Assembly (NCBI RefSeq): GCF_001447785.1
Contig: NW_015171537.1
Coordinates: 325,112 to 389,111, forward strand
Reading direction: 5' to 3'
Length of the DNA: 64,000 nt
Origin: Gekko japonicus
Taxonomy: Eukaryota
A model generated the notes under the pieces. That model was not told the origin of the DNA, did no database searches, and saw only the letters and a list, made by a program, of their open reading frames with translations. Below are positions 50,948-63,868 of the stretch, one piece after another. The stretch's first letter is position 1. Each line of letters opens with the position of its first letter. The translations under genes were made by a program, and so were the position numbers.

Positions 50948-53288
50948 GACTTGAGGTAAACACCCCTCTCCCAGCACTTTCATTAACTTCCTTGGATGGA
51001 ATATGGTTGTTCAATAAAGAAGCCTAAAGCTTTGCTGGTCTCACATAGTCTTATTTATTTATTTATTTATTAAATGTTTACCCTGCCCTCCCAGCCAAGG
51101 CCAGCGCAGGGCGGCTTACATAATATCAAATACATAATTTACAATAAAACATGAATAATTTAAATTAAAACAAAACTAATATCATTTAAACTATACAACT
51201 CAATAAGTGCTAGTAAGTTTTCAGGTGTTGTACATTTCAACAAGAAGAGGTGATATCCATGTTTTGAAGTGGTGAGAATGTTTCTGGATGCTGGGTAAGG
51301 AGGGGAAGCTCCCTTGCATTGGTCCATAATGACAGGCCGGATATATAAAGATGGACAGCCAGATTAGGTACTCTGTAGGATAATGGTGGGGGAGTTGCCT
51401 GCAGGAGAAGAATATTGCAGAAATTCATCTAGGGCACCAGCATTCCAGAGATGAACTGTAGGCTCTGTAGTAAGAGAGAGACTGTCTGCACAGAAACATG
51501 CATGCCATTTAGCTGTTGGTGCACCAGAATACAGTACCCAAAACAAAACTATTTTCTTTGGGTTTTCCCCCTTTATTCCCCCCCCTCCATTATATTTATT
51601 TGTTTGCCTCTACTAGATAACTACCCTGCTCCTGTAAATTCTGTTTGTTTCCCTTAAGTGCCTTTTAATCTTTCTCCCTCTCAGTGTATAGCGTTACCAC
51701 TCCAAGGCTGTGTGTTTTCCAGTTCTACAGTTGCATTATATTGCATTTTTGGGTGGCCAATAAATTGAAGTGTTGGGGTGGGTAAAGAATTCATATTCTG
51801 TCTTTCCAGAGGAAAGGATGGAAGGTCTAAGTACTTCTGTGACTGTGTGTGTGTGTGGGGGGGGGATTGTTGAATAGGCATTGCAACCATTACTGTACTA
51901 TTGTCTTGCCCCCTCCTAATCGTAGCCACTTACACTTTAAAAGAACATTTACAAAATGATGCCAAGAGAAACCTCTTCCTATCTTGTTGAAGTGCCAAGA
52001 ACTTGCACATGTTTCTTTCTTTTTTTTCTTGCCAGAGGCTGCATGTATATATGGAAGACTTTGAATATTTATAAAAGAAGCCAGGCAGGGGTGAAAGTGA
52101 TAAGGAACTATCTATGGTATTTAGAATTCAGCAAAAAAAGTTCTTTTTGCTTTGTTTTAATGTTCATTATTGTAAAAAAAAAAGTATTATTTTCCCCTAG
52201 TGAACTTATGATTCCCTCCTTAGCTATTCATTTACAAAAGCCCCCAAATCTAGTGTTTGTTGGCTTCAGGGAACAAGCTATCCCTGAGCTTGTGCACAGT
52301 GCCTATCTCAGGGAAACTGTCAAAGTCTGGGAGCATGGGAACTGAGTAATCCTTCAGCCTGTCTGACCAAGCTCTTGGAAGCTCCTCTGCTCCATCACAG
52401 AAAAACCTAAGACTGTGTGCCTTTAAATGCAATCTGTGGGACCTCCCTGCACCCATTCCAACCATAGCTACAGTCATTGTGGGCTTTGTGGAGGTCTTAG
52501 AGAGAATGTATAACGGTCCCTGTGCTGTTTGCTTCTTTGTTTAACCAAAAGGCTGTTCCTTGTTGAGCATTCAGATTTAGACACGGAAGGCAAAACTCAT
52601 GAAAATTCAGCTGAAATTGTGGGTGTCATCTCCCTCACACACCCCCACCCCGAAAGCAGTCCTGGCTTCCAGATCCAAAGTGGCAGGCTTTTGTTTCAGC
52701 AAAGCTTTGTTAATATTGTCAAGCTTCATGTCAGGTCAGCAAACCGACGAGGGAGAAATTGTCATAATATTGATGGCAAGTCTGGGAAGTTAATTTTAAA
52801 GCTGTCACTGGGTTTCTCCCCAGCTGCTGCTTCTTAATAAAACTCCATGATGATTATGGGTCATGCCTGACAGCTCGAGAGCAAGCCTTGTAACTGGAGC
52901 CTGCATGCGAGGCTATCTTTATTTCCCCAAGCCAGTACCCTCTTCCCCCTCCTGTCCGCCCTCTTGAGCCTGGTTTATCACACAACATTACAGCCGGCCC
53001 AAATGGATCTTGCTTTAGTGAATTTGGGAGGCTCTAAATAGAGACCTGGATCTGCATTTCCCTGCCTCATACCTTACCTTCTCTCTTGGAGACTTCTGTA
53101 GCTTCCCTTTCTCAGTGTGGTTGGAGATCTTGACCATAACAGTTGCTAGGCAACTGGCATGTACTTCCTCCTATAAATGTTGACTCTTTAAATATTTTGT
53201 GGGGCTGGGGGGGCACTTTACTGTCACTCTGGATGAATTAGCGTGTTTGTACTAATTTTTTATTATCATTTTAAGGCCTCTACACTAC

Positions 53289-53625
53289 TAGGGTTGCCAG
53301 ATCCCTGGTCTAGGCAGGGGTTCCCTGGTTTTCGGGGCTTCCACCCTCTGCCAGCCAGCTGGCCGGGGGGGGGGGGAACCCACCCCCGAACAGCCTCCTC
53401 TTGCGGCAATGTCTCCGACACGATGATGTCACATGGAAGTGATGTCATCATGCTGGGGACATCACGTGGTGACACTCCAGTTAGAACGTTACCATGTGAT
53501 GTCCCTGGCATGATGATGTCACTTCCATGTGATGTCATGTGTTGCTGATGTTGCCCCACCCACCCCACTCCTGGAAAGCTCCCTTCCACCCCCCACTGTC
53601 AGGGTAAATTGACCTGGCAACCCTG
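53289..53625. mobile_element. hAT-type MITE with internal palindrome
   Basis: TIRs tagggttgccag / ctggcaaccctg; TSD tacactac / ttcactac. Confidence 0.88.
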
Positions 53626-53964
53626 TTCACTACTGAGGTGTAGAGCTGTCTCACAACAATAGATGCATCTACAATTTCCAAGAACTTATCTAGATCTTGA
53701 ATTGCAGAACACTATCTACCAGTCAGATATCTGACTGACAATTCATCCTCCTCCTCAGTTGATCATATGAGCTTTATGATTAATCATTCCGATCACTATG
53801 TATTTGCATATGAACAAAGTAGTAGCTTTGAAGAAATGAGCATGTTTTGCTTCAAAACAGTGAACATGTTTTTTTCAAAACCATTTAGAAGAGGCATTCC
53901 CTTATATAAGGGAGAAGGGGGAATACCTCTTGAAACTGTGAGGCTTAAAATATTTAATATAGTA

Positions 53965-54400
53965 CTTTATTTTATTTCAAACAATACAATGACCCAACGG
54001 TTTTGGACAACATAAATCACACTAATACCACCCTCTAATTCCACCCTCAAGTTGAAGACACTGCAGCCATAAAAATTGCCATAGCCAGGGCTGTACCAAA
54101 ATCAGTATCAGCTAGCAAAAAAGCCAGGGAACTGGAAAAGCACCAGAAACTCTGGTTGAACCCAGAAACTTCTCAAAGGGGCCACCAGCTTGCAAGCAAA
54201 GAAGACATGTGCCAGAAGACATCTGTCAATGTTTCAGTTGCACCAGATCCACCAGGGCAGTCTATCTGAGTAAGCTGGGAAGTTGTCCAATATTTAGGGA
54301 CAGTCAATTGATATTAAAAAAAATAAGATGGAAGTGTAGAAGGTGGCACACTACCAAAAAATATTGTGGAGCACATTCTACAAGCCCTAGCAAGGGCCAG
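53965..54400 (-). mobile_element. Degenerate non-LTR retrotransposon 3' end
   Basis: Reverse complement shows YSDRL.P...ETL..HVFFAC (CCHC knuckle remnant), LLADTD and an aataaa-rich end. Confidence 0.4.
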
Positions 54401-57400
54401 CTGACAATCTAAGTTCTACAGTGCTCCATCAAGAGAGAGCCTTCGAGCCAAAGGGACAATAGATAACAAGAACACAGAAGACATATTTAAGATACTTATG
54501 TTTGTTTTGCTTAATTGGTATGGGTTTTTTTAGTTGTTCAAAAGGTTTTTAATTGGTTAAATTATCCATTTAGTCAACTTTATATTGTAATCTTAATCAA
54601 ATCTCAGCTGTTTGTTTGCCTTCTTTGGTGAGTAAAGACAGACAATAAGAGCACTGAGCCTTTTACTGAAATGTCTTCTGTATGTTACTCCAGAGGAATT
54701 CAGGACAGGTTCTAGTACACATGTCCTTATCTCATGGTTTTCCATTGAATTATAACTTACTATTTTTGACTGTTTCTTAAATTTTAATCCTACTTCTCAG
54801 ACAAAATTGGCTCCCAAAGCCGTGTGTATAAACTAAAAATATACAAATTACATCAAAAATCAGTACAAATGTTCCTAGGAGAAAGGATTCTGAACTGAAT
54901 TGGATCCAGGTGTGATGGCATGGTGCTTAGTTGCTTCTCATATTCCCTCTGCAGTCCTTGTCAACAGGAATTCTGCTTGGCAAGAATGAGAATTTTGGTT
55001 CTCCCACAACCATTCTGATTACTTTGCCACAATGTCCCCCCTTGGTACCCATTCAGATGAGCCTGTGTTGCTAGAGTTGTGGTCATATAAATGCTCAAAC
55101 TCAGTGTCCTTGTTGCTTTCAGACTCCTGTTTTTGTAGAAAGCTGGTGTGCCTAAAACTGTCTTCTTGCAGGGCCAGTTCAAACCTCTGTTGACATGGTA
55201 CATAACCCTCTGTAGCATACCATTTATAACTGGGGAGTTTCCTCTGTGTCACTGCTGACCTTAAGTTCAGTAGATTGTGACAGTATGGAGAAAATTGCCC
55301 TTTCCACACTAGATGGAGGCAGCTGCCATGTAGAACAACTTAAAACATGTTCTACGCAGTGGCCATTTAAAGTGCATCAGCCCCCAAAGATGAATTAAAG
55401 AGAGAAGGGAACAGGATTATGTAGTCTTCTGTGAACTGAAGGGTGCATGCAACTGCTGACGTTTGTAGAATGGGGATATTGGTGAAGTTGAGCCTTTGCC
55501 ATCCTTTACTCAGTCCGTTTCTGTCTGTCCATTCTAGGCTTCTTCCTCTCAAGGAAACAGAGTTGAGGAAGACTATATCTGTATATGGCTACATGTAACA
55601 GGATACTGCTTCTGTTCAAACACCGTGTGTGCAAAAATACATATTGAAATGGTACAGAAGTAAGGTTCATCCTTGGGTATTAACCTGAGAAAGGTGCAAA
55701 CCATTGTTTTCCTTTCATTGTATCAGCACAGCATGGAACCTTTATTTCTATGACACACTTTCCTCTCTCCAAGGATGCATATGAAACTCATTTGGGTGGG
55801 AAATGACAAAACATTATATTAAAAACCATAAAATCTCCAAGAAAAGCAACAACTCCCCCCCCCCCAAATCACTGTTAAAAACAACAACAGATAACATTAA
55901 CGTACAGCAAAAGCAGCCCAGGGTTATAACAACTAAAAGCTGGGCAGAAATAGTCTTGTAATCTTAGCAAAAGCTGTATAAGAAAGTATTTTCCAGAGAA
56001 CTGGAACCATCACCATGAAAGCCCTAGATCTCTCTGCTTTAGGTTTTACTTGGTGGGTAGAAGGTTCTACTGATAATGCCTGTTAGCCAGATCATAGCTG
56101 CAAGTGGGCTTCTGCTCTGGTATATGGCATAAAATGAAGTTTTCTTTGTAATACTACACATTGATCTTGACTACGATGTGTTTATCAAACCCTGGGGTCT
56201 TGTTATTAGCACATGACTGTTGATCTGTAGAAAGGGCTGCTGCATACATTGTCCAACAGAGAGAGTGTGGCAGGGTGATGTTAGGCTTCTGCAACTCCCC
56301 CCCCCCCCCCTCTCTATAATTCTGTGCAATGGCTTGTATCTCCAGGATGTGGGCCAGCTCTTCTCCATGCTGCTCTGTCACCCAAGCCAAGGCCTGATTC
56401 GTAGATCTCTGAGTACATTTTGAGTAGCCCTCTGGGAATCTTAAATGTAAAGCATGTAACAACATTAAATTAATTTCATTGATTTTCAGAAGAGGGGTCC
56501 TTTGAAACATCTGAATGCATAAAGAATAATTGGTCTGTTTATTATTCCTGCCCCGGAGAGCACAGCATTTTCTCGGTGGCTTGAATAGCTTGTTTACCTC
56601 TTACCCTTCAGCTTGGCATAATAGATAGATCTGCTTTCCTGGGGCTGGCTTCTATTTCATTCTCTTTTATTATTAGTTTTTTGTGCAATTCTATTACCTG
56701 TTCAGCGCTCTAAAGCCTTAGACATATTGGTTGGAGGGTAATGATGGTTTTCGAACCCAGCTAATGCCTCAGAAACACACGCCACCCCAATGGATTGGAC
56801 CAAGCGACGTGCCGAGTGGAGCGAGAAACTGAGTCATTGTCGTTTAAGTGACATAGCGGAGCCCTTGTGCAGGCGGGCTGGCCCATCGTCTCCCATTTGC
56901 TATGCAGGCTCACGCAGGGAAATTCAAAGCAGCATGCAAAAACCAAAGGCCTCCTGCCATCTGAGAACGGCATTAGTTCCCCGCAATCCATTCTGAATGA
57001 GCCGGGCTCCTACTGGCACCGATGTCTCTTTGAGGCAATTTGGCCTTTGTAATTTTCTCTGCATGCAGATGAGTCCCCCAAGGTCACAGAGCCCTGTCAC
57101 AATACAAGTGGGCACATGCCCTACATGATCCATCTGCCCCGATTATGCTTCACTGGCAAGATAACTGGAGTGCTCTTTAGTTGCTGTTTTGGGGACACTA
57201 CACAGTGGCAGTTACCAACTTAATGGAAGGGGGTAAATGAAAAAAAGGTGGGTTTATAAACATATCCCCCTCTCCCAATTTTATCATACAAATTATTGCT
57301 ACTTTACCTGATTTCTGGTATTAGGGATACAATTATTGCTTGTTTCTTTGCAAATTTTGTTAGTCGCATGTTTTGGTTTGGGATGGCCAGGTAGAAAAGA

Positions 57401-58383
57401 ATGGATGGAGTAGGAATCATGAACCCATAAAGAGAGAGAGAGAGCTAATTCTGAGTAATGAAAAAGATCCTGAGCTGGTCCATCTCCCCAGGCATGTTAC
57501 TAAGTTTTGTTCTGTCTTGGAAACAGAACATGGAGTAAGAAGAGCACCAGAAATGAAGCTACAGTGTCAGCATCACAGAGAGCAATCCAGTTGTTGTTGT
57601 TTTTTGGGGGTAAATAAAAACTATTTTTTTTAAAAAAAATGTTTATGCAATAAAATCCTAGAGCATATCTTTCTACAGTCTTTTTTACAACCAGGGTCAA
57701 GCTACCATTAGCTGACACCCAAACAGCAGAGAAGCATGGAAGGGAATAAGTTATACAAAAGATACAAAGGATCCAACCGTGTATAAATAATTAAAAATAT
57801 ATATTCAACATTCAATGAGTATGATAATCTAAACCTATATAAATAGTGTAGTTTTTCAAGCAGCTGGGATTAAGCTGCCAGTAGCTTACAAGCTACCTGC
57901 TGGAGACCCTGGGAGCAGAACAATGGCTTGTGGACACAAATAGACCTGAGGTCTATGGAGGAGGGAAAGGGATTTGTGTATAGTTCTCACATTGTGATGG
58001 TTGGTAAATGAGCTTGTGAGACATCAACATAAATGCATCTCATATTTACTTTCATGACTTTTTGGGGAGGGGGGTAATTCTTCAGTGATTTAGGCTTAAG
58101 CAACAAGTGCTTTGTTTTTAACGAGTGCTAAGGATTCCCCAGCACTTAACAAATTCTGCAGTTTAGACTGTGTTTGGATGCTGGTGATGCACTAACAGTC
58201 GTGCAGACTCTGAGGTTCCTGATAAGTGGAGCTGATTGCAAAACAAGTAGGGATGGTTCATTTATTGGCAGTTTCTACCTGTTTGAAGCTCCCACCCCAC
58301 TTCCCTCCAGCCATAATTTGTATTCCAAGCTTGACTAAGCAGTGCAAACACTTGGGAAACGACATAAGGAGAGGCTCCAAAAA

Positions 58384-59840
58384 ATTGCAAAATTCAGGCT
58401 TAAACTGAAGAAAGTTGGGAAAACTACCAGGCCATTCAGATTTAACCTAGATCACATCCCTTATGAATATACAGTGGAGATGAAGAATAGGTTTAAGGTA
58501 CTAGATTTGATAGAGTGCCTGAAGAACTATGGACAGAGGTTCGTGGTATTGTACAGGAGGCAGCAATCAGCACCAAACCGAAGAAAAAGAAATGCAAGAA
58601 AGTGAAGTAGCTGTCTGATGAGGCTTTACAAATAGCTGAGGAAAAAAGAAAAGCAAAACGCAAAGGTGAAGAGGAAACATTTACCCGATTGAATGCAGAT
58701 TTCCAGAGAACAGCAGGGAGAGATAAGGAGGCCTTCCTGAATTAACAATGCAAAGTAATAGAGGAAAACAACAGAGTGGGCAGGACTAGAGATCTCTTCA
58801 AGAAAATTGGAGAAATCAAGGGAGCGTTCCATGCAAAGCTGGCCATGATAAAGGACAAAAACGGTAGGGACCTAACAGAAGCAGAAGAGATTAGGAAAAG
58901 ATGGCAAGAATACACAGAAGAACTATACAAGAAGGACCTCAATGTCCCTGACAACCACGACGGTGTGATCAGTGTTCTTGAGCCAGACATCCTGGAGTGT
59001 GAAGTCAAATGGGCCTTAGCAAGCGTTACTAACAACAAAGCTAGTGGAGATAATGGTATCCCAACTGAGCTATTGAAAGTCCTAAAAGATGATGCTGTTA
59101 AAGTGCTGTGGTGGCTCAAGTGGTTAAGACACTGAACTGCAGGCTGTGGAAGGTCAGTAGTTCAGCACTTCGAGACCCGGGTGCCGCATGATGGAGTGAG
59201 CTCCCATCTCTAGTTCCAGCTCCTGCCAACCTAGCAGTTCGAAAGCAAGAAATTGCAAGTAGATAAATAGGTACCACTTCGGTGTGAAGGTAACAGCGTT
59301 CCGTGCGCCTTGGTGTTTAGTCATGCTGGCCACATGACCACGGAAATGTCTTCGGACAGCGCTGGCTCTTCAGCTTTGAAATGGAGATGAGCACCGCAAC
59401 CCTAGAGTCGGATTCGCCTGGCTTTCGAGCAAGGGAACCTTTACCTTTACCTTTTACAGTATGCCAGCAAATTTGGAAAATGCAACAGTGGCCACAGGAT
59501 TGGAAAAGGCCAGTTTACATTTCAATCCCAAAGAAGGGCAATGCCAAGGAATGTTCAAACTATTACACAATTGCACTTATTTCACATGATCAAGATTCTA
59601 CAAGCTAGGCTTCAGCAGTACGTGGATAGAGAACTGCCAAAAGTACAAGCTGAGTTTTGAACAGGTAGAGGAACTAGAGATCAAATTGCCAACATTCACT
59701 GGATTATGGAGAAAGCAAGGGAGCACCAGAAAAACATCTACATCTGCTTCATTGACTACACTAAAGCCTTTGACTGTGTGGATTACAAAAAACTGTGGCA
59801 AGTCCTTAAAGAGATGGGAGTACCAGGCCACCTCACATGT
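58384..59840 (+). mobile_element. RTE-BovB LINE internal fragment (interrupted by a Sauria SINE)
   Basis: GRTRDLFKKI, RWQEYTEELYKKDL, EPDILECEVKWAL, LKDDAVKVL | CQQIWK.QQWPQDWKR, PKKGNAKECSNY, CFIDY.KAFDCVD. Confidence 0.95.
59105..59456 (+). mobile_element. Sauria SINE nested in BovB
   Basis: Near-identical to 23316-23664; splits the BovB KVL|..CQQ sequence; no TSD. Confidence 0.92.
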
Positions 59841-61272
59841 CACATGATAGACAACTTAAAAAATGATAAATTACAAGGCCTGGATGGCATACATCCGAGA
59901 GTTCTGAAAAAACTCCAATATGAACTTGTGGATCTCCTGACAAAAATATGTAATCTTTCATTAAAATCTGCCTCCATTCCTGAGGACTGGAAGGCAGCTA
60001 ATGTTACTCCCATCTTTAAAAAGGCTTCAGAGGAGATCTGGGAAATTATAGGCCAGTCAGTCTGACATCGATACCGGGTAAGTTGGTGGAAACTGTTATT
60101 AAAGAAAGAATTAGTAGGCACATTGATTAAGGCATACTCAGCATGGGCTCTGTAAGGGAAGATCTTGTCTCACTGACCTGTTAGTGTTTTTTGAGGGAGT
60201 GAACAAATATGTGGACAAGGGGAACCCAATAGATGTTGTTTACCTTCCAGAAAGCTTTGATAAAGTTCCTCATCAAAGGCTCCTAAGTCAGCTCAATAGT
60301 CACAGGATAAAAGGACAAGTCCTTTTGTGGATCAAAAACTGCTAATTAACAGGAAACAGAGAGTGAGTATAAATGGGAAATTTTCTCAGTGGAGGGTGGT
60401 AAGCAGTGGGGTACCACAGGAATCAGTACTCGGTCTTATGCTTTTTAACTTGTTCATTAATGATTTGGAGTGAAGTGGCTAAATCTGCAGATGACACGAA
60501 GTTGTTCAGGGTGGTGAGAACCAGGGAGGATTGTGAGGCACTCCAAAGGGATCTGTCAAGGATGGGCAAGTGGGCATCAACATGGCAAATGGAGTTCAAA
60601 GTGATGCACACTGGAGCCAAAAATCCTAACTATAAATACATGTTGATGGGGTCTGAACTGGCAGAGACTGACCAAGAGAGAAATCTTGGAGTCGTAGTAG
60701 ATAACTCAATGAAAATGTTGAGACAGTGTACGACTGCAATAAAAAAGGCAAACACTATGCTTGGTATTATTAGGAAGGTAATTGAAAACAAATCAGCCAG
60801 TATCATAATGCCTGTGTATAAATCAATGGTGTGACCTCATTTGGAGTACTGTGGACAGTTCTGGTCACCACACCTCAAAAAGGATGATATAGCATTGGAA
60901 AAAGTGCAGAAAAAGGCAACCAGAATGATAAAATGGTTGGGACACTTTCCCTGTGAAGAAAGGTTAAAGCGCTTGGGCCTCTTTAGCATGGAGAAATGAC
61001 AGCTGAAGGATGACATGATCGAGGTTTATAAGATTATGCATTGGATAGAGCAGGTAGAGAAAGAAGTACTTTTCTCCCTTTCTCACAGTACAAAAACTTG
61101 TGGGCACTCAATGAAATTGCTGAGCAGTCAGGTTAGAACAGATAAAAGGAAGTACTTCTTCACCCAAAGAGTTATTAACACATGGAATTCACTGCCACAG
61201 GAGGTGGTGGCGGCTAAAAGAATGGACAGCTTCAAGAGGGAATTGGATAAACATATGGAGCAGAGGTCCATC
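59841..61272 (+). mobile_element. CR1 LINE RT/3' fragment
   Basis: DGIHPRVLK, PEDWK.ANVTPIFKK, KAFDKVPH, ADDTKL, VYKIMH, FFTQRVINTWNSLP; same family as 40658-41612. Confidence 0.94.
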
Positions 61273-62789
61273 ATTATTTTTATTTTTTAAAGTTTTGTGG
61301 CAGATAAAAGTAACAAGAGAGAGACAGGTGTAACATTAGTTTAGCAGCAATAAAACCTGAGCAACTAAACAGGGAGACAGAAAGGGAAAACCATATAAAC
61401 AAATCACTAAAAGCCCAATAGAAAATAGGTGGGTAGGTAGGACAGACAGACTGACTGACTGAGTCCTGCCTGGGAGTATACTCTCACTTTATACAGGGTG
61501 CTCTCCTACATCCATATTCAAAGTGAAAGCACATGCCCATACAGATTTTTGCTGTATGCTGGATGAACAAAGTGAGGCATGGAGGTGTACACCATTTTGC
61601 AAGTAGCTTGCAAGACTTTGATGTGTTCCACTCAGTGTGTCAGGTACATCCTTTTTGCCTTATGGCGACACCTTATCCTCAGAAGCCTCTGGGACATGTC
61701 ACATCATACCCCATGCCCTATGCTCCACATCTTCTCACTAGCAGCTGCCTTTAGGCCCAGAGCAGTTGTTCCAGATGTCTTCTCTCTCTTGCTCTTGGCA
61801 GTCTTGTTCATAGCATTAATATAGAGGAAACACTCCATGTGGTTATGTCTCCAGTAGGCTGGTTGGTGGTGCCCTTGACTTGAAGTTAGTTTTTAAGCTG
61901 TTCCTTGACCCATCTTTATGGTTGGCAATGAACTCTGATTTCACTGCACATTACTGTTGGTTCTGCATTTCTTTATAGCCATATATCATGGCTGCTAAAC
62001 AGACAAACCAGTACTTATAAACAAATAATGCACTTATTATTACTTTAGGAATTATTATCTGTTGAGGAATGCATTCTAGTCACTCTGGCAAGACCTAACC
62101 ACGGTGTTGGGCAGAGGGCCCTTAGCACCTCAAACACTGCTGTTAAATACCTTTAGAATCCAGATTAGGTCTTAATCAAGAAATTGGATGGTCCTGACGA
62201 AACCCAGACTCCTCCCTTTTCTGACCAGAAGACTCTGACCGGAGTCATTGTATTACTAGGTTAAAAACACCCTCCCTCTCAAGGCAGGAGCTTGGAGCTA
62301 CAGGTCCTCATATCTAGGTGTTTTGGCTTTGAGGCTGGAACTCAGAAATGTAAGCAGTTCTTTTAGAGCAGAGTGCAGGGTGCATTGTCAGGCTGAAGAG
62401 CCTCCTGCAAAGCCTTATGTTAGAGAACCAAACAGAGAGGCCCAAGCCAATTCAGGCTGCTGCACAGAACTGCCCCATCTCACTTATTTTTCTGTCACAG
62501 AAGTAGTTTTGGATACCTCAAGTCTCATTGGAATCTGCATGACAGGAAATGTGCCTTATTTTATAACATAAGAAGAGTCCTGCTGGGTCAGACCAGTGGT
62601 CCATCTAGTGGCCCACCTAGTATAGCAGCCTATCTCACACAGTAGCCAACATTTCCTCCTTTGCAGAATGGCACTTTGGCATTTAGCAGAGCACTGTGGA
62701 ATGACACCCCAAATGCAACAAACTTTCCCACTTTGTTTATGTATAAAACTGTACGTGCTGCCTCTCCAGATACCATTTTGAGGCAGCTC

Positions 62790-63360
62790 CCAATATAACA
62801 ATCCAGCAAAACTATTTTGAAGCATAAAATTATCAATATAATAATAATCCATTAAAACAATATTAAACAGCTTAAAATGAAATCGATAAAGTGATCCTCA
62901 GGCTAGAAGCAGAACATAAAACAGTTTAAGTAGATGAAGTACTTCAATTTAAAAGTCAGGGTACAAAGAAATGTTTTGGCCTGGCACCTGAAGGTTAAGA
63001 GCCAGGAAGGTCTTTAGGGGAGGTGCCACCACTTAAATAGCCCCATCTCTGGTTGCTACCCACCTCACCTCTGCAGGCAGGGGCATAAGGGGGTGGGTCT
63101 TGGGGGGAAGATTTTAACCATTGGGCTGAATGGGAGGAGGTGGTCTTTCAAGTACCCCAGCTCCAAATCATTTAAACACCTTAAAGTTAAGAACTGGAAC
63201 TTTGAATTGTGCCCAGAAACAAACAGGCAGCCAGTAATGATCTATCAACTCTGGGCTGATAAATTCCCTGTATCCAGTCCCTGACTGGCAATAACCCGAG
63301 TGCTGCAACCTAAACCTGACTGTTTCCAGAGGCAGCCTGTTGTAAAACACATCACAATAA
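62790..63360 (-). mobile_element. L2 LINE 3' fragment
   Basis: HYWLPVCFWAQFKV.VL.FK motif on the minus strand. Confidence 0.7.
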
Positions 63361-63361
63361 C

Positions 63362-63539
63362 CTAGGGTTGCCAAGTGCTTTTTGAGCCGCAGTGGGGGAC
63401 TCCCGGCTTTTCCCTCGGATGACCGTGGCCCTGCCCCAGCGTGCCCGGCGTGGCCGTGTCACTTCCGGGTGACGTGCACATCGGGGTGGGGTTCCCCCTG
63501 GGGCCCGATCTGCCGGCGGCGGGGAACGGGCCTCTGGGG
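63362..63539. mobile_element. Start of a GC-rich tagggttgcca-family hAT element running into the gap
   Basis: tagggttgcca terminus, CpG-rich, tgtcacttccgggtgacg. Confidence 0.55.
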
Positions 63540-63701
63540 NNNNNNNNNNNNNNNNNNNNNNNNNNNNNNNNNNNNNNNNNNNNNNNNNNNNNNNNNNNNN
63601 NNNNNNNNNNNNNNNNNNNNNNNNNNNNNNNNNNNNNNNNNNNNNNNNNNNNNNNNNNNNNNNNNNNNNNNNNNNNNNNNNNNNNNNNNNNNNNNNNNNN
63701 N
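63540..63701. other. Assembly gap (N run)
   Basis: Run of n. Confidence 1.
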
Positions 63702-63868
63702 GCATGAACCTCCAAGCATAAGCAGGAGCACCCCAAGGAACAGACCTCCAGCTAGGGTTACTGCCCTCCAGATGGTGGCTGAAGATCTCCTGAGATTACA
63801 ACTGATCTCCGGTGACAGAGATCAGTTCACCTGGAGAACATGGCCGCTTTGAAATAGTGAAAAAAAAA

